From assembly GCA_951406725.2 (NCBI GenBank), contig OX597827.1, forward strand, positions 55,056,001-55,120,000: DNA of 64,000 bases. The letters are read 5' to 3'. The DNA is from Octopus vulgaris. Its lineage: Eukaryota. The position numbers and the translations under genes are program-made. This document shows positions 49,594-63,800 of the stretch, one piece after another (positions within the stretch are counted from its first letter, which is position 1; every line of letters starts with the position of its first letter). Under the pieces are notes generated by a model. The model worked only from the letters and a program-made list of their open reading frames with translations, searched no databases and was not told the origin of the DNA.

Positions 49594-51041
49594 TATATAT
49601 ATATATATATATATATACATTTATGATGATGATGAGGATAATAACTTCATTTGGATGAGGCAGATTTTCTATGCCCAGATGCCCTCCTAATTATAAAACC
49701 TCACCTGTTTCTGAGTAAGTAATATTTCCCCATAGGCAACTGGAGATTAAAAAAAGGGCCAGATGCACACTCACACATAGATAGTGTGTGTGTATGTGTA
49801 TATATATATATATATGTGTGTGTTTGTGTCTGTATATGTATCTCCACTTATTCATCATCATCAACATATGGACACTGAGGGCCAAGTTACCCAATTTCCA
49901 TGATGTATTGAGTGGCCAAGATTATTGGAGCAACAGGAAATGAAGTGTTTTGCTCACGATATAAGACATTACCTTGTGCTGGAATTAAAAACCGTGATCT
50001 TGCAATTGTGAGTGCAACACTCTTACCACTAGGCCACACAATTTATACATACATACATACATACACATACACACACACACACACATACATACATGTTGTT
50101 GACAGTGACTTTGAAGATTCAGCCAGCTAAGCCATCATTGGACTGCTGAAACTTTGAAGTCCCTGTCAACAATATTCTTGTATAAGAATAATAAACTTGT
50201 ACTCTACAAAAGTATAGAATAACCCCTCAGATTAATGTAAATTTTTTTATTATAACTCAACATAAAAACAAGCATTAATACACACACACTCACACACAGG
50301 GTGTCCATAAATTATCTTTACAACTTCCATATTTTTAAACTCCATATATGACAGGTGAGCTGCTATATATACTCATGAATTAGGCTAGCACATTAGTGGA
50401 CAGCCTAATTTGCATATTTGTGCTCCTAACAGTTTATTATTCATTAAACAATGTTTTATGCAGAATACAGTATATGAGATAGGCTCACCACACTCCCTCT
50501 ACAAGTGAATGGTGAGTGAGATTAGTGCTGATGCCATGAAAATTATACCCAGTAAACTGTGATTTGGTTGACAAATGAGTAAAGAAAAATGTTGATTTGT
50601 GAGGTCCCTATAGTCTTTTATCGCCACAGATTATTCAGCCTTTCTAGCATTGGGACCACAAGAAAATACTCCTCATACACTCTATAACCTGACTAGTACT
50701 AAAGACATCCAACAGTAGAAACCAGGCCAAATGTTATGAGAGCAGTGATTCCCAATGTGACCTGGATGGTAATGGCCTGTCCAACCTATGCCAGCATGGG
50801 AAGCAGTCTTATGATGATGATGATGATCTGTCTTGTTTTACCCATGTCTCTGCTAAGTCTTAGGCACCGACAGTGATTCTTCACCTTTTTACTGTCTTGT
50901 ACCTCTTTAGTTTCTCTAAGGTATATCCTAATTCCATGGCATCGATTTATAGGACTTTACACCACATAACTCTTGGCCAACTTATATATATATATATGTG
51001 TGTGTGTGTATGTATATATACATACATATATATATATAAAT

Positions 51042-51191
51042 TTAAAATTAATCAAAGGACATACTAGGTATGTCAACCTGCTTGAAATAACAGTCAAAAC
51101 TCTTATTATTAAATCGCCGAAAAATAATAAGAGTTTTGACTGTTATTTCAAGCAGGTTGACATACCTAGTATGTCCTTTGATTAATTTTAA
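51042..51191. repeat. perfect 69-bp inverted repeat with 12-nt loop
   Basis: 51042-51110 is the exact reverse complement of 51123-51191; loop aaatcgccgaaa. Confidence 0.95.
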
Positions 51192-51312
51192 TCCCTCAGC
51201 TATTTAATGCTATTTTTTGGCCTGCTATCGCCTGTGTCATTGATTCTGTTATTATCATTTTTTAAATTGTTATATTGGATAGTAATAGAATTAATGACAC
51301 CTTCGTAAATTA

Positions 51313-51422
<110 letters not shown>

Positions 51423-51489
51423 AGATATGTATGTGTATATATAGACATGCACACACACACAGATGTAAATGTATGAAGGACCAGCTTGG

Positions 51490-52830
51490 TAATACTTTTA
51501 CATAATGAGTGCCCTATTTATCCCCACCATCTCTTTTTCAATAAGTAGTTGACTGGTCCTTAGCCAGAGATTCATATTACTGATCTTGTCTGACCAGGAG
51601 ATATGGAGGATTTTTAGACAACTGTTTATTAAAGTCTGCACCTTCTTGAGTATAGTCTTGAAGTGGACACAATATTCTACCTCACAAATTTGGACTGCTT
51701 TAATGTTTGAATGGAACATTCTGATCTATTGGTATAGTCCGAAGTGTGGAGCTCCAGATATTGTTGAACTTCAGAAAGACTAGTCATAGCTTTACTGTCA
51801 TCCTTACATTTGCAGTAATGTTATCTTTTTGATGCACTGCACTGTTATATGAAGGCCTCCACTCTCCCTCTATTACCATGCTGGTCAGCTTTAGTGGTTG
51901 TGTTTATCTTAAGAAATTCTGTCTTTACTTTTTGAATTTGCAACCCAACCTTTCAATATTGTCAACTTCTGCAGCAGTTGCTGACTATTAAAAAATGCCA
52001 GGCTGTTGGAAAATTCCAGTCTTATGATCACCATCAATAATATGAAATCTTTTTTTTTTTTTTTTTGTATAATTTCCTACTTAACCGCACAAGTTTTCTT
52101 GGCATACCATGATATTAACCCTTTCGTTACCCTATTTATTTTGAGATGCTCTGTGATTCTCTCAATTATTTTAGATATAACAAAGAATTTATTAAAATAA
52201 CTTAGTTATCATTAAGCTCGTGTTAGGAACATAAATTGTGACTAAGGTTTGGTGGAAGATTTTAATTCAAAATTTATGAAAACAAGACATTTGTACTACA
52301 GAGCCAGAGCCGGTTTCAGCCGGGTTGGTAATGAAAGGGTTAAAGCAGCTTTCACTGGGTCCCTCCTGCCAATGATGTTATACTCATAGTAGACTAGTAG
52401 ATGGTTAAAGACAAGTTCCAATCTAAAGATTGTTGTGTCATCTGGTCAACATAGGACTTGTCTCTACTGAGGCTAGCTTATTGGTCTCATAGGAGGGATT
52501 CTACTGCTTCTTCCATTCTTTCAAGGTTTCTGCTTTTCCTTTATTTGAGAAAAGTGTGATGCTGTTGTAGTTTGTGCAGCTGCTGGAGTCCCCCTTTTTC
52601 TTTGGTAGTCTTATAAGAAATTCCTCATTCTTGTCTGATGTTACCTGCCCTTCCTACCAGGTCTTTCCAACCTCAATACCTTGATTTGCCTTGAGAATCT
52701 TCGCTAAGATATTATCAGGTTTGGTCGCTTTGTCATTCTTCAACAGTCTGATGGCTTTGCAGATTTATTCTCTTTTCAGTCTTTCACAATTAATGAAGAA
52801 ATCTTTGTCTGCTTGCCTAATTCCAGAGGT
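51490..52830 (-). mobile_element. old RTE LINE RT remnant
   Basis: Minus-strand peptides KNDKATKPDNILAKILKA, FLIRLPKKKGDSSSCTNYNSITL and KVQTLINSCLKILHISWSDKISN; interrupted by the MITE at 52115. Confidence 0.75.
52115..52343 (+). mobile_element. complete TTAA MITE family E (piggyBac-like)
   Basis: TTAA|ccctttcgttacc...ggtaatgaaaggg|TTAA, 221 bp between TSDs. Confidence 0.9.
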
Positions 52831-53884
52831 TTCCCTCGGGCAGGTTTATAGTTCTTCAAAGTACTCAAATCCTATGCCTAATTGCTGTTCCATGCCCAAT
52901 TATCACTCTCCTTTCTTTGTTCTTTACAGATATCTTAGACTTATTTTATTCACAACATAATTTCTTGATCAGATACTACAATTTCAAGTTTCCTCTTTTG
53001 CTAAACAAAAAAGAAAACTGCTACAGAAGCATTAACATTAAATATAATAATAATAATAATGTATCCCTTCTTAGTAGAAAAGGTTTTCCTCCAAAGAGGA
53101 AAATATCACTGGATGGTGAAAGTTGGCAATTCCTGGAAACTACATGGATGATGACCAGGGTTCCTTTGACCTTCATTACTCAGAACTTAAAGACTATCTA
53201 TGAGGTTGGCTGGCTAGCTGGCTGGAAAAATAGGTATAGTTGTAGTGGGTATGAAACTATGTAATCTCTCTCTAATTGGACTCTGAAAGATGGACAAAAT
53301 GGGGGTAGAAAAGACTGCAATAGGGAGAGTCGATGTCAAGTGGAGACAGATATGCATTACTGGCAAGCATTGCACTGTTGCCATTACCTCTGACTCAGAG
53401 TTTACCCAGGATAAGAAATCTTTGAACTGATAATCATCATTGCAAAACTTCGGATTATTAAGATGAAGAGGTAAAAACCTTAAGTTCCATGAGAAGGTCT
53501 TTAACATCCTGGTGGAAAATATCAATGCGAAATTCAGCATGGACACAGGGATTTAGCTAAGGAGAGAGACCTATGAATTTCATTGGATGAAAATTCTTCC
53601 CACATAAATGAGTGCACAATGCAACAAGGAAAGCATCTGATGGTAAGCCTGGAAACCAAACAGACCATATTAGATGTTAAAGATATTGAAGGTAAGCTGA
53701 AGAAAAGCTGCACCCACAAGACAATGGATTAACACAAACTTTCTGAAAGAAGTAAATACTAGAGAGAAGAATAGAATATAGACTGATGTTGAACAAACAA
53801 GTTTCAAGCACTTCAAGAATGCTATAAAAAGAATACCTAAAAACCCATTTGACAAAATATTGAGACATTCACATTCATACACTG

Positions 53885-54310
53885 TATGCACACACACACA
53901 CACACATAATTCTCTATATGTATACTTATATAACATATATATAGAGAATATGTATATATACATACACACGCACACACATGCTCATAAAGAAAATATGCGA
54001 ATGTATATGTATATATATAAATACATAGAGTATGTATGTATCTGTGGGTATATATATATATATATATATATATACACTATATATAAATATAATGTATGTA
54101 TATATATATGTATGATATATGTAAACACATTTTATGTATGTTTACACACATGCATTCACATATTTTCTTTACGAGCATATGTATTTGTATATATATATAT
54201 GTACACAAATATATTTTCTCTGTATATGCATTTAAACATATATATATATAATGTGTATATTATGTATGTATACATATATATAGAATATGGCATATGTATA
54301 TATATATATA

Positions 54311-54346
<36 letters not shown>

Positions 54347-54350
54347 AATT
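53885..54350. repeat. degenerate (TA)n/(TG)n low-complexity tract
   Basis: Directly visible. Confidence 0.9.
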
Positions 54351-56858
54351 CACAAAGACACATATGTGTGAATTTAATGAATACAAGTGTTATAAGTGAG
54401 CTGGTTCATGTATCTCCTTTTAAAGTTACTTTTGCACAGTCCAATATATGTTTTCTCTTGGTTTCCTTATTTGGCAGAACATATGTGACCTCAGTTTCAT
54501 AGACAACTGAGCTAACTACACATACTTGGTAGTACCTATGATCTTGCACCCACATTGTGAGACCAAGATTTGTAAAGAATTTATTTATAAAGAAAGCACA
54601 TTTGTTTCATTGATATTTATAATCACTTCGTATCTCTTGTTTAATTCATTACTGGTTTCTAGCCAGATAACTGGTAACTAATTTGCTAATAAGCTACCAA
54701 ACTATTACAAATGAATAAAGAAAACCTTTCAGTGCAAACATATACCAGTTTCATAGCATACCAGATTTAAGCAGGAAATCCTTAGTCATGTGATCACACA
54801 ATATCATACTTTGTTTTTTATCTTCACAGTAATATTTTCTGTTCTGATTTCAAATTTCAACTTGTCTTTCATCCATCTGGGATCAATCAAATGAGCTACT
54901 AGTGAAGTACTGAGTCAATTACTCATTCCTTCAAGCATGTAGCCTTAAGGCTTTTGTAAGAAATTATTGATATCTTATTTACAGATCTAAAATTAAAACA
55001 CTTTTATTATAAACTTTGCTCAATACATACATGAAAAATTGAAACATTTAAAATGTTTTAATTTTGAATGAAACATAAAAATTGTTTAATTCTTAATGAA
55101 AAATTTGAAGTAAAGCCATTTTAAATGTTTCTTTTAAAACTGAAACATTCATTTTAAATGTTTAAAATGTTTCATTTCCTATATTTTAAATAGAAATATA
55201 TGAATATATTTTGGCCAAAACACTTCATTCAGAATAACTCCACAATAATCAGAATTCCCAGTTTTTAAATATAAGACCATATAATTTGACACTATAAGTA
55301 ATAATACCACTGGAAAAGTGAGATGCATCCTTTAACTTCTTGTGCTAAGTTTACCTCATATATTTTTTTCCATGATTCACTATATTTCTGTAGAAATCTG
55401 AACTCTGGACATATAAAACTGAATACTGTTATGATTTTAAGCAAAATCTGCACCATCTCAGCAGTCTCTAAAATCCTACATAAACTAAACTTTAAAGAAA
55501 AGAATTTGATTAATAGATAAATATAAATTACCTAAATAATCTAATTTTGAGGGTTTTTCCTTCTGCAGACAATTTTGCCTTAGTAGAAAATACAGGCTAA
55601 ATATCTATGGCAAAACAGAACAACCTGATACATAGTGATAGATGAAACACAAAAATTAATAAATAAATGAAAAAGAAAGTCATTTATGGAACCTCTTTGA
55701 AGTAAAAACAGTATGCACTGCAGGTCTTCAGTCAAATTGTTTTCATTTATTCTTTAATTCCACACAGAATGGTCTAAATATAGTTTTGGTATTTTTCTTG
55801 GTCTATCTTCAATGTTGCTTTGAATGTTGTGAAAGAATTTCTTGAACCAAAAGTTCTGAAATTAGATATAGACAATAGATATTTACCAACTTTGATGTAT
55901 AATATTTGATTCTAAAGTTACAATTGCTATCAGTCTTTTACTTTTAGTCAACATCTCTTTCATTTACTGCATTTTCCTTTCTTTTTCTTTTTTTTTTTTT
56001 GTACTTCATAACCCTCGGTGCTATATATATAATGGGTTTTCTTGTTTATTATTTGATTAAATTTCTTATGTCAGACCTTCTACAGGCTGGCTAATAACAT
56101 TTTAGTTTCCTTTATAATTTTATTTCACAAATATAACATCTTAAACTTTTAACTTTCTATAACAGTTTATCTTTTATAATTTAGGAATAGTTTCCCACAG
56201 AAAATATCAGACAGAATTCAGTCAAAAATTAACTTCTTGAATAAGATATTCCACTCTTTTTGTTATGGTAGTGGTTGGGGGTAGTATTTTTATTTATTTT
56301 TCTCTTTTACGTTTTACAAACACTGTAACCTACATTGCATCATGTGTTACACTAATTTCAAAATATCAAATATTGATTTCTTTTGATCTATCACAGAGCC
56401 AGATTTTACAAGAGTTAAATGTATGTAAGGCTTGTCAAGAGCATATTATAGATACTTATTTTATTAGCTTCCAGTGAGGGGAATTTCAAAATCTGACCCA
56501 AACATATTTGACCAAAGAGTGCACAAGTGCAAAAGACAAAATATTTTGTTATGTTTGCTAATTCGCCACCCTCGTGAAATTTCAAATAACAATAACTATT
56601 CCTTGAGGAATAGTTATTACAAAAATAAACATGAAGCAAGTTCCATCAGACTTTTCAGAAACAATCTAACAATAAAGTGGATAGGTGTGTTATAATTACT
56701 TCATGAATACTTATTTTCAAAATGGATATTAATTTTTGTTGTGACAGCCATGTCTATTCTAGTTTATCTCTGTTATAGCAGACTTTTAATAAAATTAGAA
56801 GAATTCTTACTAATTTGGATTTTTACTTAAAAACAAGCCAATAGTTTATTTAGCAAGT

Positions 56859-57080
56859 TTAACTCTTTAGCAGTCAGATTACTCTGTCAAATTTAACAAT
56901 TATTTATTCTCATTGTTTTGAATTAATCCCACATTATTTTGTAGCTTTGAAATTTCATTGATGTTTATTTTTAGAATGACATTGTAGGGTAGGTGTAACA
57001 GGCCAGATCTTGACCATTTGAATATAAAACAGGTAGAATATTTTGGCCAGATATGGCTGGTTCAAATGGTAAAGGGTTAA
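56859..57080 (-). mobile_element. TTAA MITE family F
   Basis: Reverse complement of 37223-37449; TTAA at both ends. Confidence 0.85.
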
Positions 57081-58329
57081 CCAACATTTGCTTTTTTTCA
57101 ACCCATATTGTAATTGTTATAATTATAATAATTATGATTATTCAGCCCATTATCATAATCATTAACACAATGGAAGCTTGGTGTTTTTATGGTTAAAACT
57201 TTTTTTTTTTTTTGATATTTACTAAACTAAATATAATTTATTTAATGACATGTTTTTTTTTATGGAAGCTTCAATGAAAAATACCCATTTCTATAAATAG
57301 TTCCTTCCACTTTGGAACTGCACTCGGTAAATTGCATCAGTTGTTCATAATTATCTTCTTCCTTTCATTTTTTATCTTTGTTTTTTATTTATTTATTTTT
57401 TTTTGTCATTACATTTGAAAAGGCAAAAATTGTTATTTGGATATTTTGCCAACTTGGTAAATTCTCTTTAAAAGAATTATGTTATTGGCATTTCATAACA
57501 GGGTGAATTCCAAGGTTAGCTGCTGAATAGGAAAAAAAAAGAAAACTGAGGTTTGGAAGAAGAATATTAAAAAAATGCATTCATTAAAAAAAAAGGAAAA
57601 AACAAAGCTTTTTTTAAAAAAAAGACTTAAAATAATTGTGTCAATACGTTTCCTGCTGGCAACTTCTTAAACTTTGTTGAGCAGAAATTCAATTCTTGAT
57701 AGCATTTGAATGTAGCTCACTTACCATCAGTCAAAAACAGCAGCTCTTCTCAACTTCATCATGGTAATGTTTTCAAAGACATTGGCAGGTTTTAATAACA
57801 CAGACAAGAAATAATGTGTTTTGAATGTGAACTCATAAAAAAAAAAAAAAAACAGAACGAAAAATTGTTACGTTTACAAATAACCTTTTTTTTTAAAATT
57901 TTTTTGTCCTTTCTTTTCAAATTTTTGGTTAAACAAAACTCTACAAGCAATGTTTATCAATATTATTTCCTTCAGCAGAAAAAAAAAAAATACATTGGTT
58001 TATATTTTCACAATGTGTCAACCAAATCACCAATCTTTTGATATACAACATTTGATATTTGATTGGTTACCAAAATAGAAGCCTACAGAAGATTTTAATG
58101 CTGGCAGACGCACAGAATACTTCCAGTATCAGAAAACAAAAGAAGAAAATTCTTTTCATTTTTCTTATAATCCAAAGAATATTAAAATATTTGTCTTTTT
58201 CTTTCTTTTTTTCATTTCAATTTTAAAAAATGAAAACATCTGAGATAGTTATGATTAAGACAGTCATCTATCAACAATGTTTCTCTTTGTTATTTCCAGT
58301 TTCTACATATATATATATGTATATATATG

Positions 58330-58377
<48 letters not shown>

Positions 58378-59470
58378 CAGAAACATAGAAACATGCGCAC
58401 AAGCATAAATAAACACATGATATGAACCATCAAACAAGTCTCTGGAGTCTCTAAACCTGCTAGAAATAGTAGTGGAATCTCTTTCAAATTACATAATACC
58501 ATCTTCAAAAAGGATGACGATGCATTGTATATCATAGTCCGAGATACTCTGCATCCGAAAAAAAATGATGGGATGGTTATGGTTGAAATGCCTTCAATCA
58601 TACATTAACTAAAGAAGGGCTGATCTGGGGATATACAACACCAATACAGACCCACATATGTTTATAAGATATATAAGTTCATTTCAATGGACTGCTGACC
58701 ATGTGGTTATAAATATAAAGTTGAATATACACAGATGTGCAAGGCACCTAGTTCTAGTTACTACATTTTTTCTATATTCTTCACATTATCTTTGAGTGGC
58801 ATCTACATGTGAAAGCAACAATTAAAACTTCTAACAATGCAAGTATGGAAAAATGGTGCGAAACTGATTAAAAATTATTCATGTGAGTGTGTAAGCACAC
58901 ATAAATGTATGTATACATGTGGACATATATATATGTCTAAAAGTGTGTATATGTAAATATAAATATATGTGTGGTGTGTGAGTATGTATGTATAAATATA
59001 TGTATATGTATGAATGTGTGTATATATATATTCAAATATGTGTGTGTTTAATTTTATACATATATATATATATATGTGTACATATATACAAACATATATA
59101 TATATATATTCATATATATATATATATTGAGTATAGTTGTACACTGTAGTTATAGATCAGATGTGGTTATACACTACTAGTCACAATGCTCTCCACTGCA
59201 TGGCTGTAGCCTTCAAATGATAGCCCCACTCATTAGGAGGGTGGGAGGGCCAACATACCTCCAAAGCAGAATGCCAGTCTCTTTCAGAGACACACATAGC
59301 TGACTGAATGGGAGCAACATAAAGTGTTTTGCTTAAGAACACAATGTACTGCCAAGTCTGGAAATCAAAGCCAGGATTTTGCGATGGTGAAAACAACAGC
59401 CCAATCACTATGCCAGGCACCTTCAAATGTATATATAAATATACATCTACATGACAGGGATAGATGCGTG

Positions 59471-59472
<2 letters not shown>

Positions 59473-59507
<35 letters not shown>

Positions 59508-59948
59508 ATAGATAGATAGATATGTATGCATATTTGTATGTGTATATATGTATGTGCATATATGTATATATATATACATGGGTATATATATATGTGTGTA
59601 TATATACATGTATCTTTGTATATATGTACATGTATATATGTATAGGTATATGTATATATATATATGTGTGTGTATATATATATATGTAAATGTATGTGTA
59701 TATATATATGTGTGTATGTATATAAGTATATGTGTATAAATATATATGTATATATACAGATATGTATGTATATATATATGTATGTCTATATATATATATA
59801 TATGTACGTATATATATATGTATGTATATATCTGAATATATATCTATGTATATATATATATATGCGTATGTATATATGTCTATGTATATATATTTCTATA
59901 TATATATATATGTACATATATATGTATATATAGTGTATGTATATATAA

Positions 59949-59997
<49 letters not shown>

Positions 59998-59999
59998 GA

Positions 60000-60050
<51 letters not shown>
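59473..60050. repeat. long (TA)n/(TATG)n tract
   Basis: Directly visible; similar tracts at 58880-59140, 60370-60600 and 61575-61990. Confidence 0.95.
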
Positions 60051-60056
60051 GTTGCT

Positions 60057-60365
60057 GAGACCCCCTACGGTCATGACTGTCCATGGAACAGCACCTTGAT
60101 AGTTACCCTTCCAAGCACAAGTCCAGGCAAGGCTTTTTATGGAAAACCAGTCTCCCCGGCAACTGTGTTATCCAAGAGAAAAGCAAAGGCCAATACAGCT
60201 TGCCACCTGTGATGTTGCAACTCATTTCTACAGTTGAGTGAACTGGAGCAACGTGAAATAAAGTATCTTGCTCAAGAACACAACATGCAACCCAGTCCGG
60301 GATTCAAACTCACAACATCACGATTGTAATCTCAACGCTCTAACCACTGAGCCATTCAACTTCAC
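60057..60365 (-). mobile_element. SINE family D
   Basis: Same orientation and sequence family as 15300-15631. Confidence 0.85.
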
Positions 60366-60390
60366 ATTTACATATATATATATATATATG

Positions 60391-60427
<37 letters not shown>

Positions 60428-60598
60428 GAATATATGTGTGTGTGTGTATGTATATATATGCATATGTATATATATGTATATATGCATATGTATATATATA
60501 TGTATGTATATTTATATGTGTAATTGTATGTATGTATTTAGGCATGTATATATATAGATATATATGTATGTATCTATATATATATATATATGTATGTA

Positions 60599-60835
60599 TA
60601 ATGTTGTTGCATAATTATTGCAGCTTTTTGCAAAAAATTTTATTCAACAAAAGCAATACCAATATTTAATAAAACATATTTAAATGACGGTCTGACCATC
60701 TAGCAAGTAAATGGGGAGAACTAATTGAAGTAGATAGTGAATATGCTCCGGAATAATCATTTAATCATGTTTTTGTTACATATTGTTATTGTCTTTGTTG
60801 AAAAAAAGCCTCAATAATTATGCACCACCCCAATA
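60599..60835. mobile_element. mariner-derived MITE
   Basis: Imperfect TIRs tgttgcataattattgcagctttt / aaaagcctcaataattatgcaccaccccaa in TA context. Confidence 0.55.
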
Positions 60836-60951
60836 TATATATATATGTATGTATATGTATATATACATATATGTATGTGTGTGTATATATATGTATACAT
60901 TTATATATATATATATATATGTGGTTTACATAGTTTGACCACATCATGTAC

Positions 60952-61245
60952 CTAGACTTTAGCACCATCATAGCATCTGATGTGGCTTTTCAAACTAGAC
61001 AAGGTTCTTCAAAGACACCTACATAGACTGCACCAAGACCTGCAGATGTTCTGTTCTTTTGGATCTTAACATGTGTTTTGAGGCCTCCATTGGATTTGCA
61101 AACCTTCTAGCACACACTGCATTCAAAGGTGTGCACAGACATATAGGCAGAATAGTTGGTGTAGGTTCATTTTTCATGAATTTGCTGATGAGATTTGAGG
61201 ACAGCAAAAGACAGGCATGGTCTGTCACAGACTGTTCATATATGC
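60952..61245 (-). pseudogene. degenerate triple C2H2 zinc-finger remnant, probably a LINE ORF2 C-terminus
   Basis: Minus strand: *TVCDRPCLSFAVLKSHQQIH, then CSVC*KVCKSNGGLKTHVKIQ in the same frame, then after a frameshift CSLCRCL*RTLSSLKSHIRCY. Confidence 0.65.
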
Positions 61246-61275
61246 CTATATATATGTAAATGCATATACGTATAT

Positions 61276-61309
<34 letters not shown>

Positions 61310-62177
61310 GGGACAAGAACGCAAAACATCCAGACAATTAGGTGTTACAAAAAGAGAACAAAACATCCAAATAGATGATACAAAAGAAAAAAAACAAGGA
61401 CGGGTCATTCGAAGCCTTTTATCTTCAGTCAAGAACCAGATCATCCTCACAATTGGGGCTGATTAATCTTGAGATTGCAGCAATCTGGCCAGCCCCAAGG
61501 AAAACTAAGCTAAGAGTATTAGATTCCTTGGAAGAAAGCATCGAATGTATACGAAAACAAGGACAGAAAAGCAGACTATGTATATGTATATGCATAAATG
61601 TATATATGTGTGTATATATATATGTACATATGTATGTGTGTATGTATATATATATGTGTGTGTATATATGTATATATATATATTTGTACATGTGTATATA
61701 TATGTATGTGTATATAAATATGTGTGTGTGTGTGTACATATGTATATATGTCTATATATTTATGTATATATATATATATAAATGTATATATACTTATGTA
61801 TATATGTACGTATATACATAAATGTGTATGTATGTATATATATGTATTTATTTATATGTATGTATATATATGTATCTATATATGTATATATAACCACTGA
61901 GCCATGAACTTTCATACATACATATATATATATATATGGATGTGTATATATATATACATACATAAATAAATATGTATATATAGATATATATATTGTTGTT
62001 TCAGGATGGTTATTATTTTTTTACAGGAATTTTGCGAAACAAATTTATAAACATAACAATATTACTCTGTGTATGTGTGTGTGTGTGTGTCTCTCTCTCT
62101 CTATATTTATATATATATATGTGTATATATATATGGATATTCGTCCTTAATGTCTTTGAAGATGAACAGAATAGTAA

Positions 62178-63430
62178 CTTTACTCCTTGTGGATCCTGAA
62201 GCAGCTTCCTAATCCAATATTGGCATAAAATCCAGTTACAATGGTGACACATAATTAGCCGAATCAGGGCCCTGTAGCACTCTTGCTTTCCCTGTAACCA
62301 TGTTCTCTTTAGTTTCTCTAACCATTTCTGGTTTTGAGTGCCATACTCCATAGTACGCCACAGTGAGTGATCCTGAGCAGCCTATTCCTAAGTAGACTGT
62401 TCTCAGTTACACTTTTCCAAGATTGTCTTGAGAGTCTCTTTGTAGCTCTTCTTTGGTCTACCATGTGAGTGAGAGCCAACTGCTAGTTCACAAGAGAAAA
62501 TCTGATTAGGGAATCTAGAGTCTTGAGTCATGCATGTGCACTACATGCCCACACCACTGCAGTTAGCATTTACTTAGGAAAGTATATATGCTTGACTTGT
62601 TTTCTCTGACACAGTAGTATAAGAAATATTTTGGCAATTGATGTTGAGAATTTCTCAGAGACATGTTATGTGAAAGTAACTAAGTTTCTTTTAATGTCTT
62701 TGGTAAACTCTCCAGGTTTCACATCCATAAAATAATGTAGTCACCACAACAGCTTTGTGTACCTCAAATTTTGTCTTTTTAATCAAACCAACTCATTCCT
62801 GAACCTTGTGATGAACCTGTCCAAAAGCAGAGCTGGCTTTTGCTATTTTTGCATTCACTTCATCATCTATGTGAACATTTCTTAACAGTATACTTCCAAG
62901 GTAGGCAAACCTCTCTACAGTTTGGAGTGGCTGATAGTTTACAGTGAAGAGTGGTTCAATGTTGGATTTCTGGAAGTTGGTTACTACATAACTTCAGTTT
63001 TCTTGAACCTGATTCTGAGGCTGAAGTTATCAAAGGTATAGGAATGCTGTTTATGCCATTGGGGATCTTCAAAATTTACATTCAGGGCACAATCATCTGC
63101 AAAGTGGAGCCCCCACCTATTGTATAGAGCCTCGTTTTAGTCTTTGCCTTGAGGTAGCTAGTGTTAAAAAGACTACCATCATACCTATATCTGAGTTAGA
63201 TGCCAGGTGTCACATGGGAGGATGCATCATAAAATATTGCATTAAACATCAAAACTGAAAAGCATAGGTGCCAGAACACAACCCTGCTTCACATCGTTGA
63301 TAATGGTGAAAGGTGCAAAGTATTCTCCATAATTTATGACATGATGTTGCATGCCATCATGAACATTGTCCGTTTGACCTTGCAATAGCTTAATACTGAC
63401 AAAGTTGCATATTCCTCCTGTAGATTGCAT
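62178..63430 (-). mobile_element. BovB-like RTE LINE 3' half, decayed
   Basis: Minus-strand motifs VKQGCVLAPMLFS, LHFADDCAL, VERFAYLGS, IDDEVNAKIAKASSAFG, LFYGCETW and terminal CHHC...IGLGSCFRIH finger. Confidence 0.85.
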
Positions 63431-63529
63431 TTCCTCATTAGTAGAGACAAGATCTCCTACAGTGAAGCAGAAATTGCATGAATACTATGAATCAGTTTGT
63501 TGCAGTTTGCATACCAACACCCCTCAATT

Positions 63530-63800
63530 CAAGAATGCTACAAGCGGCCCTAAACATGGAATGGCAGCAACATATGACAAATGAATGCCTTTATGGAGAC
63601 CTGCCAAAAGATAGTGAGATGATCAGGCAAAGACAGCTGCAACTATCTGGCCACTGCATGTGCCATCCTGAACTGAGAGCATCCAAATTAGTCTTGTGGA
63701 ACCCACTTCATGGTGATAAAAGAAGAGGAAAACATTGTCACACTTATATTGACAACTTGATTACACTGGCCTGGAATGTATCCAGGACCATGAGGCTATG
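63530..63800 (+). mobile_element. RTE LINE C-terminal fragment (different family)
   Basis: RMLQAALNMEWQQHMTNECLYGDLP...RQLQLSGHC...LVLWNP.HG.KRRG...TYIDNL. Confidence 0.8.

Noticed and set aside
58030-58150. Possible minus-strand terminal exon
   Set aside because: The polypyrimidine tract is not followed directly by AG and the short peptides are unrecognisable.
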